From Oscillospiraceae bacterium (lineage in GTDB: Bacteria; Bacillota; Clostridia; Oscillospirales; UBA929): a DNA stretch of 64,000 nucleotides. The notes beneath the pieces were generated by a model that was given only the letters and a program-made list of their open reading frames with translations, had not been told where the DNA came from and did not search any database. The position numbers and the translations under genes were made by a program. The DNA lies in contig WRJE01000003.1 in the NCBI GenBank assembly GCA_009782385.1, positions 1,711-65,710 on the forward strand, in the 5' to 3' direction. Below, in pieces: positions 35,624-44,347 of the stretch (positions are counted from its first letter, which is position 1; each line of letters opens with the position of its first letter).

Positions 35624-35650
35624 TAAAGTTCTATAAAAATCGTTCGATAA
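35624..35650 (+). promoter_or_regulatory. Sigma-D (sigma-28) type promoter for flagellin
   Basis: TAAA (35624-27), a 15-nt spacer, then TTCGATAA (35643-50), compared with the consensus TAAA-N15-GCCGATAA. Confidence 0.65.
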
Positions 35651-35875
35651 TTCTAGCGTGAGACAAAAACGCAAAACACCAACACCGCGAAAGTTCTCAT
35701 TCCAAGGAAGTTCCCCGGACAGAGCGCACATGATGTGCACTATGCTCAGGTTACCAACTGCTCAAAGACAAGGACGTTTTTAGCTGGTAGCAAAGATCGC
35801 ACCACTAAAAGGCAAGCATGAGGACAGGGTCCGCATGACGCGAACGCCGCTTGAAATTTGAGGAGGAGTATAACC

Positions 35876-36973
35876 ATGCGTATTCAAAACAACATCGTAG
35901 CAATGAACACCCACCGCCAGCTCGCGATTAACCAGACAAACCAAGCCAAATCAACCGAAAAACTCAGTTCGGGCTACCGCATTAACAGAGCCGCCGACGA
36001 TGCCGCGGGTCTCGCGATTTCAGAAAAAATGCGCGCTCAAGTAAGAGGATTAAACAGAGCCTCGATGAACGCACAGGACGGCATTTCAATGATTCAGGCC
36101 GCTGAAGGCGCGTTGCAAGAAGCACACTCGATTCTCCAGCGTATCCGCGAACTCTCAGTACAGGGCGCAAACGATGTAAACCAAGCGGAAGACCGCGAAG
36201 CCATTGTTAAAGAAATCAACCAGCTCGGCGTTGAGCTTGACCGCATAGCCGGTTCGACAGTGTTCAACGGAAAGTACATACTCTCCGGCATATATGACGA
36301 CCCAGAAGGTCCCACAGGCTCAGACAGCGCGTTTGCCGCACAAGAAGATGTATGGGCAATAGATGTGGCCGACCGCACTCAAATCGAAGAAGTCAAAGGC
36401 GCGCTTAATCTCCAAGTCGGCGCGAACACCATAGCCAGTGACGTTATCCAAGTCAGAATGCGCGGCGTTGGCGCGAAAGACCTTTTGAAAGACGCTTGGG
36501 TCAGTATCACCGAATACTCAAATATGCTCGACCCCCTGTCCTTCGCAAACGAAGGCTTTAACCCCGAAGATGTCAGCCCTCCCAACGATGACCTCTTTAA
36601 TCTGGGAGAGACAGTAGCTTCTGACAACGGCGAATATCTTATCACCGCTTTCCAATCCCTCATCAATGTAATTGACGGGTTAGATATAGAAACAGGGCAG
36701 CCTCTCGACCCCGATTTGCCCAAGACCGGACTTAACTTAGTCAGCGAACTGCGCTCCGAACTGGGTGCTGTCCAGAACCGCCTTGAGCATACCATAGCTA
36801 ACGTTGACACCATATCCGAGAACCTGCAAGCCGCCGAGAGCCGCATCCGTGACGTTGACATGGCGAAAGAGATGATGGCGTTTACCACGAGCAACATCTT
36901 AAACCAAGCCGCCACCGCCATGCTCGCGCAGGCGAACCAACTCCCGCAGACCGTACTATCACTGCTGAGATAA
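35876..36973 (+). CDS. fliC: Flagellin
   Basis: MRIQNNIVAMNTHRQL...SSGYRINRAADDAAGLAISEKMRAQVRGL at the N-terminus and ...NRLEHTI.N......AESRIRDVDMAKEM..FT..NIL.QA..AMLAQANQLPQ.VL.LL at the C-terminus. SD GAGGAGGAG precedes the ATG at 35876. Confidence 0.95.
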   Translation: MRIQNNIVAMNTHRQLAINQTNQAKSTEKLSSGYRINRAADDAAGLAISEKMRAQVRGLNRASMNAQDGISMIQAAEGALQEAHSILQRIRELSVQGANDVNQAEDREAIVKEINQLGVELDRIAGSTVFNGKYILSGIYDDPEGPTGSDSAFAAQEDVWAIDVADRTQIEEVKGALNLQVGANTIASDVIQVRMRGVGAKDLLKDAWVSITEYSNMLDPLSFANEGFNPEDVSPPNDDLFNLGETVASDNGEYLITAFQSLINVIDGLDIETGQPLDPDLPKTGLNLVSELRSELGAVQNRLEHTIANVDTISENLQAAESRIRDVDMAKEMMAFTTSNILNQAATAMLAQANQLPQTVLSLLR

Positions 36974-36994
36974 CAACCTCCCTAAATAAATTAC

Positions 36995-37036
36995 AAAAGA
37001 TCTCTTGTAATCCCTGCGGTTACAAGAGATTTTTGT
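36995..37036 (+). terminator. Rho-independent terminator of flagellin
   Basis: AAAAGATCTCTTGTAA-TCCCTGCGG-TTACAAGAGATTTTT. This is a 14-bp-plus stem with a T-run. Confidence 0.85.
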
Positions 37037-37076
37037 ATAATTGGTGTGGCACGCAGTGCCGAGGTGGTCGCTAATA

Positions 37077-37105
37077 TTGACAATTTCGCTAAATTATGCT
37101 ACAAT
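37077..37105 (+). promoter_or_regulatory. Strong extended -10 sigma-A promoter for the small-peptide transcript
   Basis: TTGACA (37077-82), a 17-nt spacer, then TGcTACAAT (37097-37105). Confidence 0.65.
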
Positions 37106-37191
37106 ACGCCTTGCAAGAGGGTGTCGGTGCCGTCTACGCCGCCGTTCGTACTTCCCCGCATATTATGTGTGGAGGAAGGAGGTGGTTGCCA

Positions 37192-37284
37192 ATGGGAAAT
37201 CGCGGAAAACAGGTTCTTCGTATTATCATCTGGTTGCTCATACTTATCATCACGTCCTGTTTGTACGCCCCAAACGCTTTGTAG
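37192..37284 (+). CDS. 30-aa hydrophobic peptide (candidate type I toxin, or a lipobox-bearing micropeptide)
   Basis: MGNRGKQVLRIIIWLLILIITSCLYAPNAL. A very strong SD, GGAGGAAGGAGGTGG (37171-85), lies 7 nt upstream of the ATG. The peptide is the 3' part of the 62-aa track ORF 37096..37284. Confidence 0.45.
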   Translation: MGNRGKQVLRIIIWLLILIITSCLYAPNAL

Positions 37285-37313
37285 CCGCCCTACCTTGACC
37301 GGATGGCGGCTAC
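37281..37313. terminator. Hairpin shared by the convergent peptide and antisense transcripts
   Basis: GTAGCCGCC-(15 nt)-GGCGGCTAC. The 9-bp stem begins inside the TAG stop codon, and there is no T-run. Confidence 0.45.
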
Positions 37314-37366
37314 ATAGTCGTTAAATTCGGCGGCGTGTCGGTTTCCGGCACGCTCTTGTTATATCC

Positions 37367-37395
37367 ATATTACCACAGAAGCGTACCTCTGTCAA
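37367..37395 (-). promoter_or_regulatory. Strong convergent sigma-A promoter (candidate antisense/antitoxin RNA promoter)
   Basis: The minus strand reads TTGACA (37395-37390), a 17-nt spacer, then TGgTAATAT (-10 at 37372-37367). It fires toward the peptide ORF. Confidence 0.55.
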
Positions 37396-37448
37396 CCAAA
37401 ATTTTCAAACATCATAACCCCGCCAACACTCCTTATTTTCAATCCACG

Positions 37449-37526
37449 GACAACCGAGGGCGGTCGTCCCTACAAACGGCGCGGTGGTGGTGGAACACGG
37501 GCGGATTGCCATCCGCCCTTACAAGC
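37449..37526 (-). repeat. Two TGTAGGG/TGTAAGG-hairpin family members downstream of the 37568 gene
   Basis: The plus strand reads GGACAACCGAGGGCGGTCGTCCCTACAA (37449-76) and GGGCGGATTGCCATCCGCCCTTACAAG (37500-26). On the minus strand they read TGTA(G/A)GG+hairpin after the gene stop. Confidence 0.6.
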
Positions 37527-37567
37527 AAAAACAACGCTATTTATCCACTCCTTTTATAACGAAGTGA

Positions 37568-38803
37568 CTATGACATTGCTATTTCCATTGCTGTTTCCGC
37601 CCAATGGGACAATCGCTGCGGCTGTGATTTAACCGTGCTTATATCTTTTAGTATAAATTCTAGGGGACTGCCGTTGCGGGCGCAAGCCGCCTTTATCTTT
37701 TTAAGCTCATTTATAATCGGTTCTTCGTCAAAGGAATCGAACGCCAAAAATGACGGGTTAGGTTTGCTTGAGAACACGAAACTATTCCCCAGACCCTCCG
37801 CGCCTCTCTCCGCGTCAGTCCACGGACTCATGGAAACTTTGCGGAGGTTCGGTATCTTTGTCACGATGTCCAACTTGCGGTCGAGCGGCTCGCAGCAACC
37901 GTAGTAAACAAGTCCGAAACGTTCGTATATAGGCTTTGCGTAGGACAGTTCAAATTCCTCGTGCATAGCTCCCGACACCGTTGAAAACATCTGCGCCATT
38001 CCGGCAATCCACAGGTCTTTGCAGCGCGGTTTCTCCAGATTGTATCCGGGGGCGGGGAGTTCATCGGCATACGCGCCGGTGCAGTGTATTGTCGTTTGAA
38101 GACGCGCATCGGGAAGCAGCCCCTGCTCCTCGAGCTGATCCAACATACCCGAAAACGACCGCGTCAGTTTCGCGGCAACGCGGTGCATAAACTCCGGCTC
38201 GTCTATAATCGCGTAGAGAGCGTTCTCAACGCCCTTTACCTGAGATATAAAGTCCCAAATACAAAGGAAAAACTCTTCGCCGCCGACAGGACGGACATCC
38301 AGTATTCCGCCGAAAATATTGCGAGCCTCCTCCAGTCTGCGTGAGGTATCCGCCGAATCGTGCGATATATCCGGCACGGTTATTTTTTCGATATCTTCCT
38401 CGGTTTGCAGTATATCTTTGTAACTGTGGGACATCACATCGTTTAACGGGTCTGTCGCCAGTGTTTCATCTTGAACCTTTATACCGTACCCCGTGTTGTT
38501 TATCTTTCTATTAACTTTAATGTAAGGCTCGACAACCATATCGGCGGGAAAGTGCTTCCACTTGAACAGCTGACGGCGCAGAAATTCCTCATACACACGC
38601 AGCTCGGGGTTTTCACAGCGCAGTGTCAGCAAGCCGTCATAGTTCATCTCATTCCAGCACACTTGGTCTATCATCACCATGGGACGCTGAGGATTGAGAC
38701 CGTTCAGTTTGCGCCATAGAACACGCTTCTCTTCCTGTATCGGAAGTGCCGCGATTTCTGCGGTTTCTTTTGCCAGTTCACGTAAAATTGATTTATCGGT
38801 CAT
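37568..38803 (-). CDS. Conserved hypothetical cytoplasmic protein (possibly URO-D/MtaA-like TIM-barrel family; unverified)
   Basis: 411 aa from the ATG at 38803 (SD GAGGTGA): MTDKSILRELAKE... No motif I can assign with confidence. Confidence 0.5.
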   Translation of the reverse strand: MTDKSILRELAKETAEIAALPIQEEKRVLWRKLNGLNPQRPMVMIDQVCWNEMNYDGLLTLRCENPELRVYEEFLRRQLFKWKHFPADMVVEPYIKVNRKINNTGYGIKVQDETLATDPLNDVMSHSYKDILQTEEDIEKITVPDISHDSADTSRRLEEARNIFGGILDVRPVGGEEFFLCIWDFISQVKGVENALYAIIDEPEFMHRVAAKLTRSFSGMLDQLEEQGLLPDARLQTTIHCTGAYADELPAPGYNLEKPRCKDLWIAGMAQMFSTVSGAMHEEFELSYAKPIYERFGLVYYGCCEPLDRKLDIVTKIPNLRKVSMSPWTDAERGAEGLGNSFVFSSKPNPSFLAFDSFDEEPIINELKKIKAACARNGSPLEFILKDISTVKSQPQRLSHWAETAMEIAMS

Positions 38804-38825
38804 TGTTATCACCTCGCTAATAGTT

Positions 38826-40184
38826 TTAATTTCTGAAGCTATGCACGGGCGGCGGTATTCTGCCGCCCCTGTTAATAAAATCATCACAGCCGAAACGGTT
38901 GACTTGCATTATTGGCGCACGCCCGAGAAGTCCGCCGAACAACGCTTCATCGCCAACGGTTTTCCCGTAAACGGGAATGATTCTGACCGCCGTTGTTTTG
39001 CCGTTTATCATGCCTATCGCCATTTCATCCGCGATGATGCCCGAAATCGTTGAATCGGGTGTGTCGCCCGGGATTGCGACCATATCCAGTCCAACCGAAC
39101 ATACGCAGGTCATTGCTTCGAGTTTTTCCAATGTTAAAGCTCCGCACTCGGCGGCTTCAATCATAGCGTTGTCTTCGCTAACGGGTATAAACGCGCCGCT
39201 CATTCCGCCGACATATGACGATGCCATAATACCGCCTTTTTTTACGTTGTCGTTGAGAATCGCCACGGCGGCGGTCGTGCCGGGCGCACCCGCCCGCTCA
39301 AGCCCCATCTCCTGAAGAATTTCAGCCACGCTGTCGCCCATGGCGGGTGTTGGCGCGAGCGAGAGGTCGATAATGCCGAACGGTACGCCGAGCCTTTTGG
39401 ACGCTTCTAACGCGACAAGCTGTCCAACCCTTGTTATCTTGAACGCCGTTCTTTTGACGGTTTCGCACACAGTTTCAAAGTCCGCGCCGCGTACCTGCTC
39501 CAAGCTGCGCTTTACCACGCCCGGACCGCTTACCCCAACGTTAATTACTAAATCCCGTTCACCCACTCCGTGATACGCTCCCGCCATGAACGGATTATCC
39601 TCGACAGAGTTACAAAACACTACAAATTTCGCGCAAGCTACCGAGTCTTTCTCTTTTGTGAGAAACGCCATTTCTTTGATAATCTGTCCCATGCGTTTAA
39701 CGGCGTTCATGTTTATACCGTTCTTAGTGCTGGCGGCGTTTACGGACGAGCAGACACGCTCGGTGACGCTCAAGGCCTCAGGTATGCTGTTAATAAGCAC
39801 GGTATCGCTCTGCGAGCTGCCTTTTTGCACAAGCGCGGAAAACCCTCCGATAAAGTTCACGCCCACTGTTTTAGCCGCGCTGTCAAGGGCTTCCGCAACC
39901 GGAACATAGCTGTCTGTCCGGCACGCCGAAGCCGCTATAGAGATAGGTGTTACGGAAATTCTCTTGTTCACAACCGGCACGCCGAATTGCCGCGCTATGT
40001 CATCGCCTGTTTTGACGAGATTTTCAGCGGCTTTCGTTATTTTATCGTATGCCTTGCGGCAGAACGAGTTCAAATCGGAATCGGCGCAATCTGTCAGGCT
40101 TATGCCCATTGTAATAGTCCGCACGTCAAGATTTGCCTCGTCAATCATGCGGTTCGTCTCTTGTATTTCAAAATTTGTAACCAC
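38826..40184 (-). CDS. UPF0210 (DUF711, PFL-like) family protein
   Basis: 452 aa. The N-terminus I.ETNRMI....[12 protein letters not shown] is typical of UPF0210. Paired with an upstream small ACT protein, as in other Firmicutes. Confidence 0.75.
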   Translation of the reverse strand: MVTNFEIQETNRMIDEANLDVRTITMGISLTDCADSDLNSFCRKAYDKITKAAENLVKTGDDIARQFGVPVVNKRISVTPISIAASACRTDSYVPVAEALDSAAKTVGVNFIGGFSALVQKGSSQSDTVLINSIPEALSVTERVCSSVNAASTKNGINMNAVKRMGQIIKEMAFLTKEKDSVACAKFVVFCNSVEDNPFMAGAYHGVGERDLVINVGVSGPGVVKRSLEQVRGADFETVCETVKRTAFKITRVGQLVALEASKRLGVPFGIIDLSLAPTPAMGDSVAEILQEMGLERAGAPGTTAAVAILNDNVKKGGIMASSYVGGMSGAFIPVSEDNAMIEAAECGALTLEKLEAMTCVCSVGLDMVAIPGDTPDSTISGIIADEMAIGMINGKTTAVRIIPVYGKTVGDEALFGGLLGRAPIMQVNRFGCDDFINRGGRIPPPVHSFRN

Positions 40185-40195
40185 GCCTACACCCC

Positions 40196-40465
40196 CTATA
40201 TCCTGTGCATGACGTTAAAAATGTCTTCGTGCTGCAGTTTTATGACGACACCTATCTCATTACCAAGAATTTCAAGCTCCGCCGCGAGTTCCTCAAACTT
40301 TTTCTCCGCGCCGGAAAGGTCGGCAATCATCATCATGTTAAAGTATCCGCCGACTATTGTCTGCGAAATGTCAAGGATGTTTGCGCCGTTATCTGAGAGA
40401 TATACGCACACTTTGGCGATTATCCCCACACGGTCTTTGCCGATTACAGTTATAATACCTTTCAT
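40196..40465 (-). CDS. ACT domain protein (UPF0237 family)
   Basis: 89 aa: [36 protein letters not shown]. Confidence 0.8.
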   Translation of the reverse strand: MKGIITVIGKDRVGIIAKVCVYLSDNGANILDISQTIVGGYFNMMMIADLSGAEKKFEELAAELEILGNEIGVVIKLQHEDIFNVMHRI

Positions 40466-40486
40466 CTTTCCGTCCTCCCGCGCGTT

Positions 40487-41260
40487 TTACGTTATTTCTA
40501 TCCTTTTTACACCAAGGCATTTTCCGGTATCCTCATCAACGTCAAAGAGTGCGCCTTGCAGCTTGCAGTCTCCCGGCGCGGATTCAAACATCTGCGGCAA
40601 ACCGCCGCAGAAATAGTTGACGGATTGCTCGGGCTTTACGCCCAAAACGGATTCTATGGGGCCTGTCATGCCTAAATCCGTAATATAACCCATACCTTTG
40701 GGGAACACACGCTCGTCAGCGGTCGGCACATGGGTATGTGTGCCGAACAGGACACCGGCGCGACCGTCAAGGTGGTATGCCATCGCCAGTTTTTCGGAAG
40801 TCGCTTCGGCATGGAAGTCCACAACTAAAATATCAAAATCGGCTTCGTTAAACAATCGGTTGACGCGCCAGAAAGGGCTGTCTGTCGAAACATCATTCAT
40901 TTCCAGCCGTCCTAAAAGGTTTGTTACACAGACACGCTTGCCTTTCGGGCTGTGAACAACGCAAAAGCCGCTGCCGGGTAACGGCGCGGCGTAGTTGAGA
41001 GGACGGATTATACGGGTTTCGTCCTCAATAAATTTTGCGATATTCACTTTGCGCCAAGCGTGATTGCCAAGCGTTATAATGTCCGCGCCATTGTCAAGCA
41101 GCTCTTGAGCCTGCGCGGGTTTAATGCCAAGTATCGCCGCGTTCTCGCCGTTAACAATGCACAGGTGCACATCATACAGTTTTTTCAGCGCAAAAAGGTG
41201 TTTGACGGCCATTTTCAGGCCGCCCTCCCCGCAAATATCACCGATTGCAAGAATGTTCAT
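40487..41260 (-). CDS. ymdB: YmdB-like metallophosphoesterase (2',3'-cyclic-nucleotide 2'-phosphodiesterase family)
   Basis: MNILAIGDICGEGG...VNGENAA.G.G......L...GADIITLGNHAW...GTHTHV. Confidence 0.85.
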   Translation of the reverse strand: MNILAIGDICGEGGLKMAVKHLFALKKLYDVHLCIVNGENAAILGIKPAQAQELLDNGADIITLGNHAWRKVNIAKFIEDETRIIRPLNYAAPLPGSGFCVVHSPKGKRVCVTNLLGRLEMNDVSTDSPFWRVNRLFNEADFDILVVDFHAEATSEKLAMAYHLDGRAGVLFGTHTHVPTADERVFPKGMGYITDLGMTGPIESVLGVKPEQSVNYFCGGLPQMFESAPGDCKLQGALFDVDEDTGKCLGVKRIEIT

Positions 41261-41363
41261 AATAAATAATCCGCCTAACTACTTGAAGTATAGCACAGCG
41301 AGACGAAATGTCAAGGTGTTTATCCTTTGAAAAAATGGTGATTTTCGGGGGTCTGTTTTCCAC

Positions 41364-41390
41364 GGCGCGACCAAAGGGCGCGCCCTACAG
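41364..41390 (+). repeat. CCCTACAG-hairpin family member
   Basis: GGCGCGACCAAAGGGCGCGCCCTACAG. Downstream, AATGCTTTTTGAAAAACT resembles the tail of the 35563 copy. Confidence 0.65.
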
Positions 41391-41481
41391 CAGGGACGGG
41401 GCAGAAATGCTTTTTGAAAAACTGTGGTTTTTTCGCGTATAGTATGATATATTGTGATGAAAGTAAGGAGGGAATTAAGCT

Positions 41482-42009
41482 ATGATTGAGGTTAAGACAA
41501 AGTATACAAAGGAATCATTTCTGAGATTTCAATGGTTTCATCTAATTAGGGGAGGCGCACGAAGAGTGGTCTCTATCGCAATTTTTGTGCTTATGTTCTT
41601 TTGCGGGGTCGGGTCGCTAGTCATGTTCATCTTCGATGGAGGAGAGTCAACATCAATATTTTATCCGGTATTTCTGCTCGCCATGACGATATTTTTTATT
41701 ATTATGCCCCGAATATCTACCCGCTCCGCGCTCAAGAACAGCCCCGCGCTCTTTGATACGGGGCTTGCTTTCACTTTTCATGAGGATTATTTTACAGTGC
41801 TTACCACGGGGATGATGAGCGGTACGACCGACATTCGGTATGAGGCACTGTACTTTGCTTATCAGACCAAGGACAGTTTTTACCTATATCTGCAACAAAA
41901 GCAATCATACTTAATTAATAAAGCAGACTTCACTGCCGGAACGCCGGAGGATTTTGCAGAGCTGCTTAAAAAAGTGATGCCCGCTAAGAAATACCGCAGT
42001 TATAATTAA
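41482..42009 (+). CDS. YcxB-like membrane protein
   Basis: 175 aa with two TM helices, then a soluble domain ending ...YLINKADF..G....F...L. Confidence 0.5.
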   Translation: MIEVKTKYTKESFLRFQWFHLIRGGARRVVSIAIFVLMFFCGVGSLVMFIFDGGESTSIFYPVFLLAMTIFFIIMPRISTRSALKNSPALFDTGLAFTFHEDYFTVLTTGMMSGTTDIRYEALYFAYQTKDSFYLYLQQKQSYLINKADFTAGTPEDFAELLKKVMPAKKYRSYN

Positions 42010-42045
42010 GATAACAAAAATATTTTCAGAAATTTTCAAAAAACT

Positions 42046-42074
42046 ATTGACAAACGAAAACGCACGGGTTATAA
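42046..42074 (+). promoter_or_regulatory. Consensus sigma-A promoter of the S10 ribosomal protein operon
   Basis: TTGACA (42046-51), a 17-nt spacer, then TATAAT (42069-74), with an A/T-rich UP-like tract upstream. Confidence 0.75.
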
Positions 42075-42079
42075 TGCCA

Positions 42080-42346
42080 AACGGTGTCTATGTATAGATG
42101 CCGCCAGCTATGATGTCGCAGGTTGCAGAAAGGAACCGCCGCCATTGCGCTCTATATAATAGACGCGGCAATGTTTGCGGGTCGAACTGGTAACTGCGGC
42201 GGAGTCAGTCCGACAATCGGGCGCACGGGAATAAACGCCGTCTGTCAGTGCCGGAGCAATGCTTCGGTTTTTACGTGGAAAGCACGCGACACACACGGAG
42301 GAGTTATGACTTTCTCGTCCCGAAAATAAAAGGAGGAAGCAAAGAA
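42080..42346 (+). promoter_or_regulatory. Long structured 5' leader of the S10 operon with an internal terminator-like hairpin
   Basis: About 270 nt lie between the promoter and rpsJ. A CCGGAGCAATGCTTCGG hairpin (42251-67) is followed by TTTTT (42268-72). Confidence 0.45.
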
Positions 42347-42697
42347 ATGGCGGAGACCAACAAAAAAACAAAAAAAACGCAGCAGCCGCAAAGCAAAGAG
42401 ATGATACGTATTCACCTTAAAGCCTATGACCATCAGCTTATAGACCAATCGGCTGAGCGTATCGTTGAAACGGCGAAACGCAACGGAGCGGCAGTATCCG
42501 GACCGATACCGCTGCCGACGCATAAGGAAATCATCACCATTCTGAGAGCGGTTCACAAGTATAAGGATTCCAGAGAACAGTTCGAGCGCAGGACGCATAA
42601 GAGGCTTATTGATATTCTGAATCCGGGATCGAAAGTAGTCGAAGCGTTAATGGCGTTGGATTTGCCGGCCGGAGTGGAGTTTGAGATAAAGTTGTAG
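42347..42697 (+). CDS. rpsJ: 30S ribosomal protein S10 (uS10) with ~16-aa basic N-terminal extension
   Basis: [35 protein letters not shown].... SD AAAGGAGGAAG precedes the ATG at 42347. Confidence 0.95.
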   Translation: MAETNKKTKKTQQPQSKEMIRIHLKAYDHQLIDQSAERIVETAKRNGAAVSGPIPLPTHKEIITILRAVHKYKDSREQFERRTHKRLIDILNPGSKVVEALMALDLPAGVEFEIKL

Positions 42698-42771
42698 GGC
42701 GTGACGACCCCGGCACGCTGTTATAATAGTTATGTTGGGGCAATCCTCAACCAATGATTTAGGAGGTTCTG

Positions 42772-43401
42772 ATGAACAAGGCAATTCTTGGCCGCAAGGT
42801 CGGTATGACGCAAATATACGGCGCGGACGGCGCGGTTATACCCTGTACTGTCATAAAAGCCGGACCGTGTATGGTTTCGCAGGTTAAAACCGCAGAAAAG
42901 GACGGCTATGATTCGATTCAACTCGCGTTTGAGACGACAAAGGAATCAAGGGTAACGAAGCCCGAGATGGGGCATTTTAAGAAAGCCGGCATCGGCGCGT
43001 TTAAGGAAGTTAGAGAATTTAGGCTTGAGAATTCACAACTTAAAACAGGCGATGAGGTAAAAGCGGATGTATTCGCCGAAGGTGACATTGTAGATGTGAT
43101 AGGAATCAGCAAGGGTAAAGGCTATCAAGGTGTTATTAAGCGTCACGGATTCTCCAGAACCGCTGAATCCCACGGCGGAGGTCCAGTACACAGGCATCAA
43201 GGCTCAATGGGAGCGAACTCCGATCCAAGCCGCGTATTTCCCGGAAAAAAGATGGCGGGGCATATGGGCGCGGAACAAGTTACGATACTCAACCTTGAGG
43301 TCGTCAAGGTAGACCCAGAACTAAACGTAATCGCCGTCAAGGGCGCGATACCGGGTCCCAAGGGCGGGCTTGTCACGGTTCGCAACGCCGTGAAGGCCTA
43401 G
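42772..43401 (+). CDS. rplC: 50S ribosomal protein L3 (uL3)
   Basis: ILGRKVGMTQIY...GKGYQGVIKRHGF. S10 operon order. Confidence 0.95.
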   Translation: MNKAILGRKVGMTQIYGADGAVIPCTVIKAGPCMVSQVKTAEKDGYDSIQLAFETTKESRVTKPEMGHFKKAGIGAFKEVREFRLENSQLKTGDEVKADVFAEGDIVDVIGISKGKGYQGVIKRHGFSRTAESHGGGPVHRHQGSMGANSDPSRVFPGKKMAGHMGAEQVTILNLEVVKVDPELNVIAVKGAIPGPKGGLVTVRNAVKA

Positions 43402-43418
43402 GAAAGGAGTATTCACCA

Positions 43419-44042
43419 ATGCCTAAAGCTACGATTTATGATATGGACGGCAAGCAAGTCGGCGAGATGGAGTTAAGCGATGCCGTGTTCGGCATTGTAC
43501 CGCACGAGTCGGCAATGCACGAAGCGGTTAAGAACCATTTGGCGAATTGCCGTCAAGGTACGCAGTCCACGCTCACGCGCGCCGAGGTCGCCGGAGGCGG
43601 ACGCAAACCGTGGAGACAAAAAGGAACGGGACGGGCGCGTCAAGGCTCGACACGTTCGCCGCAATGGACGCACGGCGGCGTTGCTCTCGGACCGAAACCG
43701 CGCACTTACCGCTATACCGTTAACAAGAAACAGCGCAGATTGGCGATACTCTCCGCGCTTTCGGCAAAAGCCGCCGCAGGGGAAATCAAAGTCATTGATA
43801 ATCTTGATTTGAAAGAGATTAAGACCAAGGCATTCATCCAGTTTCTCGATAAAATCAATGTGTCGGGGAAAGCGTTGGTAGTCACTCCCGAGCCGAGGGT
43901 TAATGTTTATAAGTCCGCCAGAAATGTTCCGGGTATCAAGACGACAATATCCGGGGTGCTGAATGTATATGACATACTCAACGCGGGACAGTTTATTATT
44001 GATAAGCAAGCCGTTAAGAAAATTGAGGAGGTGTATTCATGA
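43419..44042 (+). CDS. rplD: 50S ribosomal protein L4 (uL4)
   Basis: [33 protein letters not shown]. Confidence 0.95.
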   Translation: MPKATIYDMDGKQVGEMELSDAVFGIVPHESAMHEAVKNHLANCRQGTQSTLTRAEVAGGGRKPWRQKGTGRARQGSTRSPQWTHGGVALGPKPRTYRYTVNKKQRRLAILSALSAKAAAGEIKVIDNLDLKEIKTKAFIQFLDKINVSGKALVVTPEPRVNVYKSARNVPGIKTTISGVLNVYDILNAGQFIIDKQAVKKIEEVYS

Positions 44043-44329
44043 ACGTCAGTGATGTGATACGCCGTCCGTTGATTACGGAGCAGTCGATGTCGGAGGGTGA
44101 ACTTAAAAAATACTCCTTTGAGGTTGACAAAAGCGCGAATAAAATCGAGATTCGCAAAGCCGTTGAGGAATTATTCGGGGTTAAGGTTCTAAGCGTTAAC
44201 ACAATGAATATGTACGGCAAAGAAAAACGGCAGGGCGTTCATATCGGGCGCAGGCCGGCATGGAAGAAAGCAATCGTCAGGCTGACGGAAAACAGCAAGC
44301 CCATCGAATTCTTCGAGGGTATGGTGTAG
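44039..44329 (+). CDS. rplW: 50S ribosomal protein L23 (uL23)
   Basis: [12 protein letters not shown]...[24 protein letters not shown]. Confidence 0.95.
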   Translation: MNVSDVIRRPLITEQSMSEGELKKYSFEVDKSANKIEIRKAVEELFGVKVLSVNTMNMYGKEKRQGVHIGRRPAWKKAIVRLTENSKPIEFFEGMV

Positions 44330-44347
44330 AAAGGGGTTTAATGAATA

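Noticed and set aside
37041-37324. Three mutually overlapping plus-strand ORFs (85, 92 and 62 aa) in the flagellin-downstream gap
   Set aside because: None of the long forms has an SD, and they start upstream of or within the mapped promoter. Only the last 30 codons of the 62-aa frame, behind a very strong SD, are retained as a candidate.
37542-37549. DnaA-box-like TTATCCAC (and a TTATCCAT near 126-133) as a hint of oriC
   Set aside because: These are isolated single near-matches with no cluster and no adjacent AT-rich unwinding element or dnaA gene. That is insufficient to call an origin.
39570-40616. 348-aa plus-strand ORF spanning the UPF0210, ACT and ymdB genes
   Set aside because: It runs antisense across three well-supported minus-strand genes and their intergenic gaps. 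There is no SD and the composition is low-complexity. It is a shadow ORF.
42020-42034. TATTTTCAGAAATTT resembling the CodY box AATTTTCWGAAAATT upstream of the S10 promoter
   Set aside because: It matches 13 of 15 positions but lies in a generally A/T-rich tract just upstream of the -35 hexamer, which is equally well explained as an UP element. The match is too weak to call without a position weight matrix and genome-wide background.
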